Below are positions 53,843 through 63,373 of a stretch of 64,000 nt of DNA, piece by piece (position 1 is the first letter of the stretch; every line of letters starts with the position of its first letter). Location: NCBI GenBank assembly GCA_947460455.1, contig CANHKG010000002.1:2004-66003 (forward strand), given 5' to 3'. The notes under the pieces are model-generated. The model was not told the DNA's origin, searched no databases, and saw only the letters and a list, made by a program, of their open reading frames with translations. Source of the stretch: Rhodospirillales bacterium. GTDB taxonomy: Bacteria > Pseudomonadota > Alphaproteobacteria > Acetobacterales > Acetobacteraceae. Made by a program: the position numbers and the translations under genes.

Positions 53843-54570
53843 AGCGGTGGCACTCCGATGCACTTGCCGCCATCGGCGAGGATCACCTGGCCGTTGACGA
53901 AGGCGGCGCCGGGGGAAGCGAGGAAGGCCACGGCGGCGGCGATGGCGCTGGGGTCCGCCGCGGCGCCGCTGGGTTCGCGGGCTTCCATGGCGCGGCGCAT
54001 TTCGGGCGAGTAGCCATCGAGCATGCGGGTATCGACCATGCCGGGGGCCACCGCGTTCACGGTGATGCCGGCCCAGCGCAGTTCCACGGCCATGGCGCGG
54101 GTGAGGCCCACCACCGCGGCCTTGCTGGCGACGTAGTGCGGCATGCCGGCGCCGCCGAGATAGCCGCGCGAGGCGATGTTCACGATGCGCCCGCCCTCGC
54201 TCATGCGGCGCGCGCCTTCCTGCGCCACGATGAACACGCCCTGGACGTTCACCGCGAAGATACGGCGCCAATCGGCCAGCGATACATCGGCCACGCCCTC
54301 CATGGTGGCGGCGATGCCGGCATTGTTCACCACCACGGCGAGGTCTTCGATGCCGTCCAGTAGTGCTGCGACCTCGGCGCGGCTGGTGACATCGAGGGGG
54401 GCGGCGCGTGCGGCGAACCCTTCGGTGCGCAGCGTGGCGGCAGTGTCCTCCGCCGCCGCGCCGTCGATGTCGGTGGCCAGGACGGTGAAGCCATCCTGTG
54501 CCAGGCGTGTGGCGATCGCGCGGCCGATGCCGCGCCCCGCGCCGGTAACCACGGCGGTGCCGCCTGCCAT
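53839..54570 (-). CDS. SDR-family oxidoreductase (FabG-like)
   Basis: ..AVVTGAGRGIGRAIA.., ..NNAG.., ..YVASKAAVVGL.. Confidence 0.88.
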   Translation of the reverse strand: MAGGTAVVTGAGRGIGRAIATRLAQDGFTVLATDIDGAAAEDTAATLRTEGFAARAAPLDVTSRAEVAALLDGIEDLAVVVNNAGIAATMEGVADVSLADWRRIFAVNVQGVFIVAQEGARRMSEGGRIVNIASRGYLGGAGMPHYVASKAAVVGLTRAMAVELRWAGITVNAVAPGMVDTRMLDGYSPEMRRAMEAREPSGAAADPSAIAAAVAFLASPGAAFVNGQVILADGGKCIGVPPL

Positions 54571-54731
54571 GCTGGAACTCCTCCACCCCTGCCATACCCT
54601 CCGGCGCCGGGGTGGCGCGGGTCAAGCGCCCGGCGCAATATCATCGCCGTGATAATCGCCCGCGCCCGGCCGGGGGCTCGCCCCGCGCGGGCGGACCGCG
54701 CAGTCTGGGCCGGCCAGGAGGAGACCAGACC

Positions 54732-55499
54732 ATGCCCATGATCCGCACCGAGATCAGCGACCACATCGCCGTCATCACCATGGATTCGCCGCCGGTGAAC
54801 GCGGTGAACCAGCAGTTCATGGAAGAGCTGATCGCCGCGGTGGACCGGCTGAACGACCTGGACGATGTGCGCGTGGCCGTGATCACCGGTGCCGGCAAGT
54901 GCTTCTCCGCCGGCGCGGATATCAAGGGCCGGCTTTCGATGAAGGAGGAGCCCGGCAGCTACTGGGCGCATGCCAGGCGGGCGCGCGAGATGAGCTGGTG
55001 CATGATCGAGTGCAAGAAGCCGCTGATCGCCGCCATCAACGGGCCGGCGCTCGGCGCGGGGCTGGGCATCGCGGTTTCCTGCGACATCCTGATGGCGGCC
55101 GAGACCGCCCGTGTGGGGCTGCCGGAGGTGGATGTTGGCCTGATGGGCGGCGGGCGCCACACCATGCGCGTGTTCGGCCATTCGCTGACGCGGCGGATGA
55201 TGCTCACCGGCTATCGCGTGCCGGGCGCCGAGCTGTATCGCCTGGGGATCGTGGAATGCTGCGTGCCGCCGGAGCAGCTGATGGACGAGGCGATGAAGAT
55301 GGCCGCCACCATCGCGGCGAAGAGCCCGCTGGCCACGGCCATGGCCAAGAACGCCGCCCAGACCATCGAGTTCATGACCCTGCGCGACGGCTACCGCTAC
55401 GAGCAGAACCTGACGCGGCAGCTGAGCCAGAGCGAGGATGCGCGCGAGGCGATGACGGCGTTCGTGGAAAAGCGCGCGCCGACGTTCAAGGGCCGCTGA
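54732..55499 (+). CDS. Enoyl-CoA hydratase/isomerase (crotonase) family protein
   Basis: ..VITGAGKCFSAGADIK.., ..LIAAINGPALGAGLGIAVSCD.. AGGAGGAGA RBS. Confidence 0.88.
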   Translation: MPMIRTEISDHIAVITMDSPPVNAVNQQFMEELIAAVDRLNDLDDVRVAVITGAGKCFSAGADIKGRLSMKEEPGSYWAHARRAREMSWCMIECKKPLIAAINGPALGAGLGIAVSCDILMAAETARVGLPEVDVGLMGGGRHTMRVFGHSLTRRMMLTGYRVPGAELYRLGIVECCVPPEQLMDEAMKMAATIAAKSPLATAMAKNAAQTIEFMTLRDGYRYEQNLTRQLSQSEDAREAMTAFVEKRAPTFKGR

Positions 55500-56391
55500 G
55501 GCGCGGCGCGCTGTCGTATTCCGGGTTGGTGGAACGCGACAGCACCAGCTCCGGGTCGGTGTAGCCAGGCTGGGCGGAGGGGCCGAAGCCGCCGCTGATG
55601 GCGGCGAAGCGCGCCTCCACCAGCGGCCGGTATTCCGGGTGCGTCATGATGTAGAGGTGGTTGGCGCGCACCCCCTGCACCACGTGCTCGCCCACGCTGC
55701 GCGGGTCCATGCGCGCGGCGCTGTCGGTGCGGCCGGGGGCGAAGGCCTGGGTGGCTTCCTCGCCCATGATCGCATCCCGCCGCACCGCGGAGGTGACGTA
55801 GAAATTGGTGGAGACGGCGCCGGGGCACAGCACGGAGACGCCGATGCCCTGCGGCGCCAGCTCCGCACGCAGCGCTTCCGACAGGCCGACCACGGCATAT
55901 TTGGAGGCGGCATAGGCGGTGAGCCCGGCCGGCGCGATCAGCCCGGCCATGGAGGCGGTGTTGACCACATGCCCGCCGCGCCCGGCGGCGATCATGCGCG
56001 GCACGGCGGCGCGGATGCCGAGATAGGTGCCGTGCAGGTTGGTGTCGATCACCAGCTTCCACACCTCCTCCGGCATCTCCGCCATCAGCACCGGGCCGCC
56101 ATCGGCGCGGCGCCCCTGGCCGAGGCCGGCGTTGTTGCAGAGCAGGGCGACGGGGCCCAGCTTTGCCTCCACTGCATCCAGCGCCGCCTGCCAGGCCGCG
56201 GCGCTGGTGATGTCCAGCACCACCGGCATTGCGCCGGCGCCGAGGCTGGCGGCGGCTTCCGCCAGCGCCGTTTGGTTGATGTCGGCGATCGCCACCTTCA
56301 TGCCTGCCGCGAGCAGGGCCTGTGCCATGCCCAGGCCGATGCCGCTGGCGCCGCCGGTAACGAAGGCGACGCGGCCGGAAAGCTCATCCAT
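55486..56391 (-). CDS. SDR-family oxidoreductase, about 300 aa type, paralog 1
   Basis: ..AFVTGGASGIGLGMA.., ..YAASKYAVVGLSE.. Alignable end to end with the 57640-58542 product. Confidence 0.85.
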   Translation of the reverse strand: MDELSGRVAFVTGGASGIGLGMAQALLAAGMKVAIADINQTALAEAAASLGAGAMPVVLDITSAAAWQAALDAVEAKLGPVALLCNNAGLGQGRRADGGPVLMAEMPEEVWKLVIDTNLHGTYLGIRAAVPRMIAAGRGGHVVNTASMAGLIAPAGLTAYAASKYAVVGLSEALRAELAPQGIGVSVLCPGAVSTNFYVTSAVRRDAIMGEEATQAFAPGRTDSAARMDPRSVGEHVVQGVRANHLYIMTHPEYRPLVEARFAAISGGFGPSAQPGYTDPELVLSRSTNPEYDSAPRLSGP

Positions 56392-56402
56392 GGCAGATCT
56401 CC

Positions 56403-57527
56403 TTACGCGAGGGTCTTGAAGGCATCGGGGGTGAAGGGGCGCCATTCGGCGGTGCGGCCCTGGCACAGCTTGGCGAACCAGTCGGGGTCGCCCAGCAGGG
56501 CGCGGCCGATGGCGATGAGGTCGAACTCGTCCTGCGCCATGCGTTCCAGCAACGCCTCCACCCCGGCCACGCCGGCGCTCTGGCCCTGGCGCAGGGAGGC
56601 GATGGCGTCGTTGTCCAGGCCCACCGAGCCCACGGACATGGTTGGCACGCCGAGCAGCTTGCGGGCCCAGCCGGCGAGGTTGAGGGGGGAGCCCGGGAAT
56701 TCCGGCTCCCAGAAGCGGCGGGTGGAGCAGTGCAGGATGTCGGTGCCGGCCTCCACCAATGGCGTGAGCAGGGCGGCGAGGGCCTGGGGCGTTTCTGCCA
56801 GGCGGGCGGCGTAGTCCTGCTGCTTCCATTGGCTGATGCGGAAGGCAATGGGGTAGCCAGGGCCGGCGCCTTCGCGGCAGGCGCGTACCACCGCGGCGGC
56901 GAAGCGCGTGCGCGCCACGGCGTCGCCGTTCCAGATGTCGTCGCGGCGGTTGGTGGCGGACCAGAGGAACTGGTCGATCAAATAGCCGTGCGCGCCGTGG
57001 ATCTCGATGCCGTCGAACCCGGCGGCGCGGGCGGCGGCGGCGCTGCGGCGATAGGCGGTGAGCACCTCGGCGATCTCCGCCTCCGTGGCCGGTTCGCCCA
57101 CCTGCTCCTCCGCCCCGCGCAGGCCGGAGGGTGAGAGTGGTGGCAGCTGCGCATTCGGCTGGCTGCCCGGCAGGCGCCAGCCGCCGACATGCCAGAGCTG
57201 GGCGAAGATCGCCGCGCCTGCCCCCTGCACGGCCTGCACCACCTGCTGCCAGCCGGCGAAGGCGGCGCCGGTGAGGGTGGGGATGTCGGCATGGTCCACC
57301 GCCACGGGATGGTCGATGGCGATCCCTTCCGTGATGATCAGCCCCACGCCGCCGGCGGCACGGCGGCGGTAGTATTCGGCGTTGGCCGGGCCCGGCACGC
57401 CGCCGGGGCAGGCGCGCCGCGTCATGGGGGCCATGGCCACGCGGTTTGGCAGGGTGAGCGCGCCCAGCCGGAACGGGCGCAGCAACGGGGCCAGCGCTTC
57501 GGCTTCTGCGAGGGGGTGCGGCGGCAT
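56403..57527 (-). CDS. NADH:flavin oxidoreductase (Old Yellow Enzyme family)
   Basis: ..LPNRVAMAPMTR.., ..GFDGIEIHGAHGYLIDQFL.. OYE motifs. Confidence 0.88.
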   Translation of the reverse strand: MPPHPLAEAEALAPLLRPFRLGALTLPNRVAMAPMTRRACPGGVPGPANAEYYRRRAAGGVGLIITEGIAIDHPVAVDHADIPTLTGAAFAGWQQVVQAVQGAGAAIFAQLWHVGGWRLPGSQPNAQLPPLSPSGLRGAEEQVGEPATEAEIAEVLTAYRRSAAAARAAGFDGIEIHGAHGYLIDQFLWSATNRRDDIWNGDAVARTRFAAAVVRACREGAGPGYPIAFRISQWKQQDYAARLAETPQALAALLTPLVEAGTDILHCSTRRFWEPEFPGSPLNLAGWARKLLGVPTMSVGSVGLDNDAIASLRQGQSAGVAGVEALLERMAQDEFDLIAIGRALLGDPDWFAKLCQGRTAEWRPFTPDAFKTLA

Positions 57528-57639
57528 GGGTTTACCCCCTTTCGGCCGTGGGCGTTTCGGACCGCCCGACGAGAGGCGCGCGGCGGCGCTGCGTCAAATG
57601 CCGCTTTGCTGCCGCCGGTTTATTGCATCGGTGATATCG

Positions 57640-58542
57640 CTATCGCGCTGCCTTGGCGTATTCGGGGTTGCGGAACCGCTCGAACGTCACGTCGGTATCG
57701 TGGTACCCGGGCTGCGCGGAGTCCCCGAACGCAGCCACCAGGGCGGCGTGCCTTTCGTCGACATGCCCGCGATATTCGGGATGGGGGATGATGTACATGG
57801 CATTCCCCGCGATCGCCCGCAGCACCATCTCGCCCACGCGAACCGGGTCCATCCGCTTGGACTGCTCGGTCCGCAGCGCCTCCGTGCCGATGGTCGCCAA
57901 TCCGTCGAACGAATCGGGGGCTTTTGCCCGCACAGCGACGGAACTGGCGAACAGGTTGCTGCGCACGCCGCCCGGGCACAGCACGCTCACCCCGATGCCG
58001 GCCGGGGCGAGTTCGGCGCGCATCGATTCCGACAGCCCCACAACGGCGAATTTCGATGCGCAGTACGCGGCGATCCCCGCGGGCGCCATCAGGCCGCCGG
58101 TGGAGGCGGTATTCACGATATGGCCCCATTGGCCGCGCGCGAGCATGCGCGGCACCAGCGTGCGTGCGCCCAGGAAGGTGCCGGTGGCATTCACCTCCAT
58201 CACCAGGCGCCACAGTGCCTCCGGCATCTCCGCCACGTTGGTGTTCCGGCCATCGGCGAAGCGACCCTGGGCGACGCCTGCGTTGTTGCAGAGGATCTCG
58301 ATCGGCCCCAGCGCGGCCTCTACCTTATCCACCGCCTCTTCCCATTCCGCGGCGCGCGTTACGTCCAGCTTCACCGCGGCCGCGAGGCCCGGCAGCGCGG
58401 AGCGCGCTGCATCCAGCGCCGTTTCGTTCACATCCGCGATTGCCACCCGCAGCCCGGCCGCGACGAAGGCGGTGGCCATGCCCAACCCGATGCCGCTGGC
58501 ACCGCCGGTGATCAAGGCTGTCTTGCCTGCGAGGCTTGGCAT
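57640..58542 (-). CDS. SDR-family oxidoreductase, about 300 aa type, paralog 2
   Basis: ..ALITGGASGIGLGMA.., ..YCASKFAVVGLSE.. AGGAGA RBS. Confidence 0.85.
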   Translation of the reverse strand: MPSLAGKTALITGGASGIGLGMATAFVAAGLRVAIADVNETALDAARSALPGLAAAVKLDVTRAAEWEEAVDKVEAALGPIEILCNNAGVAQGRFADGRNTNVAEMPEALWRLVMEVNATGTFLGARTLVPRMLARGQWGHIVNTASTGGLMAPAGIAAYCASKFAVVGLSESMRAELAPAGIGVSVLCPGGVRSNLFASSVAVRAKAPDSFDGLATIGTEALRTEQSKRMDPVRVGEMVLRAIAGNAMYIIPHPEYRGHVDERHAALVAAFGDSAQPGYHDTDVTFERFRNPEYAKAAR

Positions 58543-58770
58543 GGCGTTCTCCTGGTTGCAGGCCGGCACGGCCCGGGCCACGCAGCTAAGCCGCTCTCCG
58601 GGCGGTTCGCAACGCGCCCTGCGCGCCCGGCATGGCATCCGCGATGCCCACTGGATTTGACCGGCTCCACCGTTCATATGCTTATGCGATAGTGATACCG
58701 GCTGCGATGACCGGCTCGATTCGGGCATATGCAGGCAGGAAACGTGATCAAGATCAGTGAGGACATCGCG

Positions 58771-59139
58771 ATGCCCCCTTCGAAGAAGCCCGCTGCCGCG
58801 GCGAAGCCCGCAGCGAAAGCCCCGGCTGCGAAAGCCCCGGCAGCGAAGCCTGCCGTGGTGCAGGCCACCGTCACCCTCAAGCAGCTCGCCGCGCAGCTCG
58901 CTGAAAGCCAGCAGCTGACCAAGAAGCAGGCCGAGGCGCTGATGGGCGAGTTCGTCTCGACGGTGACCGAACACCTGAAGAAGGGCGACAAGCTCCGCCT
59001 CACCGGTCTCGGCACGCTGCAGGTGCGTGCGCGCCCGGCCCGCACGGGCCGGAACCCCGCCACCGGCGCGACGATCCAGATTGCCGCGAGCAAGAAGATC
59101 GCGTTCCAGCCCGCCAAGGAACTCAAGGAGAGCGTCTAG
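58771..59139 (+). CDS. HU/IHF-family DNA-binding protein with N-terminal Ala/Lys/Pro-repeat extension
   Basis: Core ..LTKKQAEALMGEFVSTVTEHLKKGDKLRLTGLGTLQVRARPARTGRNPATGATIQIAASKKIAF.. preceded by PPSKKPAAAAKPAAKAPAAKAPAAKPA. ATG 58729 is an alternative start. Confidence 0.8.
   Translation: MPPSKKPAAAAKPAAKAPAAKAPAAKPAVVQATVTLKQLAAQLAESQQLTKKQAEALMGEFVSTVTEHLKKGDKLRLTGLGTLQVRARPARTGRNPATGATIQIAASKKIAFQPAKELKESV
58813..58842 (+). repeat. 15-nt tandem repeat (gcgaaagccccggcN x2, with degenerate flanking units) encoding the AKAPA repeats
   Basis: gcgaaagccccggct gcgaaagccccggca, with related units on both sides (gcgaagcccgca, gcgaagcctgcc). Confidence 0.7.
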
Positions 59140-59354
59140 CTCTCCACGCGCTGGGCGAAGCCGGCGCAAGCCCTTCGCCCGCGCGCCAGCGTGGTTTTGA
59201 ACGTCCCCCCTTGCGCGCCAAGCGGGGGGCGCTACGCGTTGGTACTCCAACGGTATCCTCGATCTCGTGGTTCGGGCGGCTGAGGCCCCTGCCGCATGCC
59301 ATTGGATGGCGGACAACCATGGAACCCAGGTCCACAGCGGTCGGGCAACAGGCG

Positions 59355-60179
59355 ATGCGGGTGCTGGTGCTGGGCAGCAGCGGGCTGGTTGGCGCCGCGG
59401 TGGTGGATTGTCTGCGTGCCGAGGCGATCGAGGTGGTGCCGTTCGATATCGGCGCCGGGCAGGACGTGCTGGACCCATCGGCCGTGCGTGCCGCCGCCGA
59501 GGGCTGCCACGCGATCGTGAACGCCGCCGGCGGCAGCATGCCGGGGGTGGAGCCGGGGCGCGGCACCCTTACCCTGAACGTCACCGGCAACTGGAACGTG
59601 CTGCAGGCCGCCCGCGCGGTAGGGGCGCGCCGCGTTGTCACTTTCAGCAGCGTCAACGCCCTCGGCATCTTCCGTGGCGAGGCCACGCCCGACTACCTGC
59701 CGATCGACGACGACCATCCCATCCGCCCCCCCACCACCTACGGGCAGGCCAAGCGCCTGGTGGAGGAGCTGTGCCGCTGCTTCAGCGAAACCTCCGATAT
59801 CGCCACCATCGTCTTCCGTCCGCCGGCCGTTGTCGGGCCAGAGCGCCATGCCGGGATGCAGGCCCTGCGCAGCGCCGATCCGGCGGCGGAATGGACCCCG
59901 TTCTGGGAATACGGCGCCTGGATCGACACGCGCGACCTCGCCCGCGCCGTGCTGGCGGCACTGACCGTCCCCGGCATCCGCCACCTCACCGGGCTTGTGT
60001 GTGCCGATGACACATCCTCGCCGGTGCCGGTGCGGGATCTGGCGCGCAGGCTGCTGCCCGGCGTGCCCTGGCGTGGCCCGGAGCCGGAGGACCCCACCCG
60101 CGTGCTGGTGCGGTGCGATCGCGTGAAGCAGGCCCTTGGCTGGGCGCCGATCTACCGCTGGTCGGATGGGGGGATGTGA
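59355..60179 (+). CDS. NAD-dependent epimerase/dehydratase family protein
   Basis: MRVLVLGSSGLVGAAVV.. Rossmann start and ..YGQAKRLVE.. (YxxxK). Confidence 0.8.
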   Translation: MRVLVLGSSGLVGAAVVDCLRAEAIEVVPFDIGAGQDVLDPSAVRAAAEGCHAIVNAAGGSMPGVEPGRGTLTLNVTGNWNVLQAARAVGARRVVTFSSVNALGIFRGEATPDYLPIDDDHPIRPPTTYGQAKRLVEELCRCFSETSDIATIVFRPPAVVGPERHAGMQALRSADPAAEWTPFWEYGAWIDTRDLARAVLAALTVPGIRHLTGLVCADDTSSPVPVRDLARRLLPGVPWRGPEPEDPTRVLVRCDRVKQALGWAPIYRWSDGGM

Positions 60180-60181
60180 CC

Positions 60182-61231
60182 ATGCGCTGGCTCGTCGGCA
60201 CCTACGCGGATGTGATCGGGGATTTCGTGCTGGATCCCAAGGCCGGGCGCCTCTCCGCTGCCACGCTGCACCCCAGCCCACCGCGGCCCTCTTTCCTCGC
60301 GCTGCATCCGCATCAGCCGGTGATCTACGCGGTGCATGAGCTGCAAACCTGGCAGGGCGGCTTTGGCGGCGCGGCCGCGGCCTACCGGCTGGAAGCCGAT
60401 GGGACGCTGGCCCCGCTCGGGGCGCAGGGAACCGGCGGCAGCGACCCCTGCCACCTCGCCACCGATGCCGACGGGCGCTGGCTGGTGGTGGCGAACTACA
60501 GCTCCGGCCACGTCACCAGCCTGCCGATCGGCGCCGATGCAGCGCTGGGTCCGCCCGCCGAGATCCGCGCCCATTCTGGCGCCAGCATCGATCCCGTCCG
60601 GCAAACCCATCCCCACCCGCACCACGTTGCCTGGCGCGGCGGGCGCCTGCTGGTCTCCGATCTCGGGATGGATCGCCTGGTGGGCTATCGCCTGACCGCT
60701 GCCGGCCATTTCGCCCCGGCAGGCCACGACGTGGTGACGCCGCCGGGTGGCGGGCCGCGGCGCATCGTCTTCCATCCCTGCCTCCCATGCGGCTGGGTGC
60801 TCAACGAACTGCACGCCAGCCTGACGCGGATCGCCTTCGCCCCAGATGGCTCTGCCACCGTGGCCGAGACGGTCCCGATGCTGCCGGTGGGCCATGAAGG
60901 GCGGATCAGCGGCGCGGAGCTGCAGGTGACGCCGGATGGCCATTTCCTCTACGCCTCCAATCGCGGCCACGACTGCATCGCCCGCTTCGCCGTGGATGCG
61001 GCAACCGGCGCGCTCACGCCCCTGGGCCACACCCCGGCCGGCGGCGCGGAGCCGCGCCATTTCGCCATCAGCCCCTGCGGCGATTGGCTGCTGGCGGCCC
61101 ATCAGAACAGCGCGAGCGTGGTGCTCTTCGCCATAAGCCGCAGCAATGGTGCGCTGGCCCCCACGGGGCAGTCCGTTGCCATCCCGAAGCCCGTATGCCT
61201 GCTGGCCATTGGCGACGTGCCGCGCACGTGA
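60182..61231 (+). CDS. Lactonase, 7-bladed beta-propeller (6-phosphogluconolactonase-like)
   Basis: ..GGSDPCHLATDADGRWLVVANYSSG.., ..HPHHV.., ..LYASNRGHDCIARF.., ..PRHFAISPCGDWLLAAHQNS.. Confidence 0.8.
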   Translation: MRWLVGTYADVIGDFVLDPKAGRLSAATLHPSPPRPSFLALHPHQPVIYAVHELQTWQGGFGGAAAAYRLEADGTLAPLGAQGTGGSDPCHLATDADGRWLVVANYSSGHVTSLPIGADAALGPPAEIRAHSGASIDPVRQTHPHPHHVAWRGGRLLVSDLGMDRLVGYRLTAAGHFAPAGHDVVTPPGGGPRRIVFHPCLPCGWVLNELHASLTRIAFAPDGSATVAETVPMLPVGHEGRISGAELQVTPDGHFLYASNRGHDCIARFAVDAATGALTPLGHTPAGGAEPRHFAISPCGDWLLAAHQNSASVVLFAISRSNGALAPTGQSVAIPKPVCLLAIGDVPRT

Positions 61232-61307
61232 TGCGTCAAGCAGGCCGGGGCGAGTCGTTTCGCAGCGGCGTTGCGCGCACGGTTTTCGCCGCCTGCAAGC
61301 GACTGGC

Positions 61308-61595
61308 CTAGGAACGCGGCCGATCGGGTGATTCCAGCGATGCGGCGGCTGCCTTGGCTTCCGGTTGCTGTGCCACCCCAAAGGCGGCGTCGCGCAGGTC
61401 CCGCAAGACCCGGGCCTCGATCTCGTGCCGTCGCACTTCGTCATTCAGCTTTGCCACGTGCAGCAACGGGTCGCGGTCCCAGCCAATTGCCGCGAACTCG
61501 CGCCGCAGATGATGCTCCGTGGCGGCCGATATGGTGCCGTTCCGGACTTCCCGCTTCAGTGCCGCAATCAGGCCTCGAATGGGGCTCTCGGTCAT
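61308..61595 (-). CDS. Small hypothetical protein
   Basis: 95 aa from ATG 61595 (MTESPIRGLIAALKREV..). Reasonable GC3 but no family recognised. Confidence 0.35.
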   Translation of the reverse strand: MTESPIRGLIAALKREVRNGTISAATEHHLRREFAAIGWDRDPLLHVAKLNDEVRRHEIEARVLRDLRDAAFGVAQQPEAKAAAASLESPDRPRS

Positions 61596-62134
61596 GATGC
61601 GCGCTTCCTGAAATGCCTGGCGCACGATAGCACACCCACGGCGCTTCCCGGTCAGCCCGTGGGGCCGTGCCCGACCCATCCAAACCCACGCGCCCCCCTA
61701 GATATCCTGTGGTTCTGAATGGCTTGTTCGCCTGGACAGAAGAGTGGGGTGGGGGCCATGGGAGTAGGAGTCGGAGTCAGGGAACAAAATTCGCAGGCCG
61801 CCGGCCGGATCCAATACGGAAGACGAAAATACCACGGCCCATTCCGGTGAAGCGAGGCGCAAGGCCCGGCGGCACTGTCCAGGGCAGCCTGGAACATCAG
61901 CGCCGCGGTCGTCGGCTAGGCGACATTTCAGATATGAAATTGTGTGTCGACCGCCATCGCCCACTCGCTGTCTCCGCGCGTGCGGCCGGCAGCGGCGGTG
62001 GCATGCAGGCCACGGGTGGGATTGTCGACCACGACAACAGCGTGGCGGACAGTGCCCCCGCCCTCGCCGAATGAGAGCAGCGCGGCGATCCACCTGCGTC
62101 CGGAGGGGAGCGGCGCCTGGCGCGGGCGTCTGCT

Positions 62135-63118
62135 TCAGCCGCGCGGCCAGTTGCCGGCAGCAACGATGCGGTCGTGCAGCCGGCCGGGCGCCATGGCGCA
62201 GGCCTGGGCCATGGCCGGCTCGGTGCCGTAATGGCCACCCCCGGGCACCACAACGAGCCTGGCTTCGGGCAGGCAGCGCGCAAGGTCGTAGGAGTTGTCG
62301 GGCGTGCAGCAGCAGTCGTAGCGGCCCACCACCATCTCAACCGGCAGGTGGGCGATGCGGTGGGCTTCGTCGAGCAGCTGGGTATCGCGCAGGAAGAAGT
62401 CGTTGATCGCGTAGTGGATGAAGATCCGGCCGTAGCGGGCCCCGCGCGCCGGGTCCCACTCCGCCAGCGGGGTGTCGAAATGCATGAAGCCCTGCTCGTA
62501 GGCATAGAGCTGGAACGCAAAGCGATCGGCCTCCGCTTTGTCTGGGCCGAGGATGCGGCTTGCATAGGCGCTGCGCAGATCACCGCGCTCCTCCGGGCCG
62601 ACCAGGCTCGCGAATTGTTCCCATAGCTCGGGGAACATCGACCGCACGTCCTGGAACCACCAGGCGAGGTCCTTGGCGCGGCCGAGCCAGGTGCAGGTGA
62701 GGTTGATGCCGAGGCAGCGCTCGGGATGGGCTTGGGCATAGGCGAGCGCGACGATGCTGCCCCAGGAACCGCCGGCGACCACCCAGCTTGTGATGCCAAG
62801 CCTCTCCCGCAGTGCCTCCATGTCGGCGATCGTGGCCTGGAGCGAATTGCCTTCGAGCCGCCCGGTCGGCGTGGACTGGCCGCAGCCGCGCTGGTCGAAG
62901 CGGATGATGCGGAAGCGTGCCGGATCCCAGAAACGACGCCGGCTGGCGTTGCTCGCCCCGCCTGGTCCGCCATGACAGAGGATGACCGGCATGAGGCTGG
63001 GGTCGCCGGCATCCTCCCAGAAGATGGCGTGACCATCCGCACGATCCAGCATGCCGCTCGCGCGGGCCGGGCCGGTGGGATGAAAGGGGTCGTCAAGCCG
63101 CCGGATCGTTTGCATCAT
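62135..63118 (-). CDS. pip: Proline iminopeptidase (alpha/beta hydrolase)
   Basis: ..VILCHGGPGG.., ..IRFDQRGCGQS.., nucleophile elbow ..VVAGGSWGS.., ..GRYDCCCTP.. Confidence 0.85.
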   Translation of the reverse strand: MMQTIRRLDDPFHPTGPARASGMLDRADGHAIFWEDAGDPSLMPVILCHGGPGGASNASRRRFWDPARFRIIRFDQRGCGQSTPTGRLEGNSLQATIADMEALRERLGITSWVVAGGSWGSIVALAYAQAHPERCLGINLTCTWLGRAKDLAWWFQDVRSMFPELWEQFASLVGPEERGDLRSAYASRILGPDKAEADRFAFQLYAYEQGFMHFDTPLAEWDPARGARYGRIFIHYAINDFFLRDTQLLDEAHRIAHLPVEMVVGRYDCCCTPDNSYDLARCLPEARLVVVPGGGHYGTEPAMAQACAMAPGRLHDRIVAAGNWPRG

Positions 63119-63373
63119 GCTTCTTTCGACATCAACGGTGCGTGTGTGACGCAGAATGTATCCCCCGCCGGGGCGTCGCTGTCGTGCGCTTCGGCGATTT
63201 CGGTGCCGAAGTCGCTGTTGCGCGGGCGGTTGAAGTCTCCAGCGGCAACACGGCGTGGCGTCCTCAGACGTTATAACAAAATGGCTTGCGAACTTAGCGA
63301 ATTCGGGAATACTGGCAACAAGCATGCGTAGAGAGCGTCTCCGAATCATATAACATTCCGCATGGAGGCTGAA

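Noticed and set aside
51347-54013. 888-aa plus-strand ORF across the FadB-like and SDR genes
   Set aside because: It is an antisense artefact with A/G/R-rich low complexity. The minus-strand frames contain crotonase and SDR motifs.
61667-62074. 135-aa plus ORF and a 6-4-6 palindrome (ATTTCA-GATA-TGAAAT, 61925-61940) in the roughly 450-bp spacer before the proline iminopeptidase gene
   Set aside because: The ORF translation is low complexity with poor codon bias. The palindrome is short and single-copy. I could not assign an ncRNA or riboswitch by eye, so the region is left unannotated.
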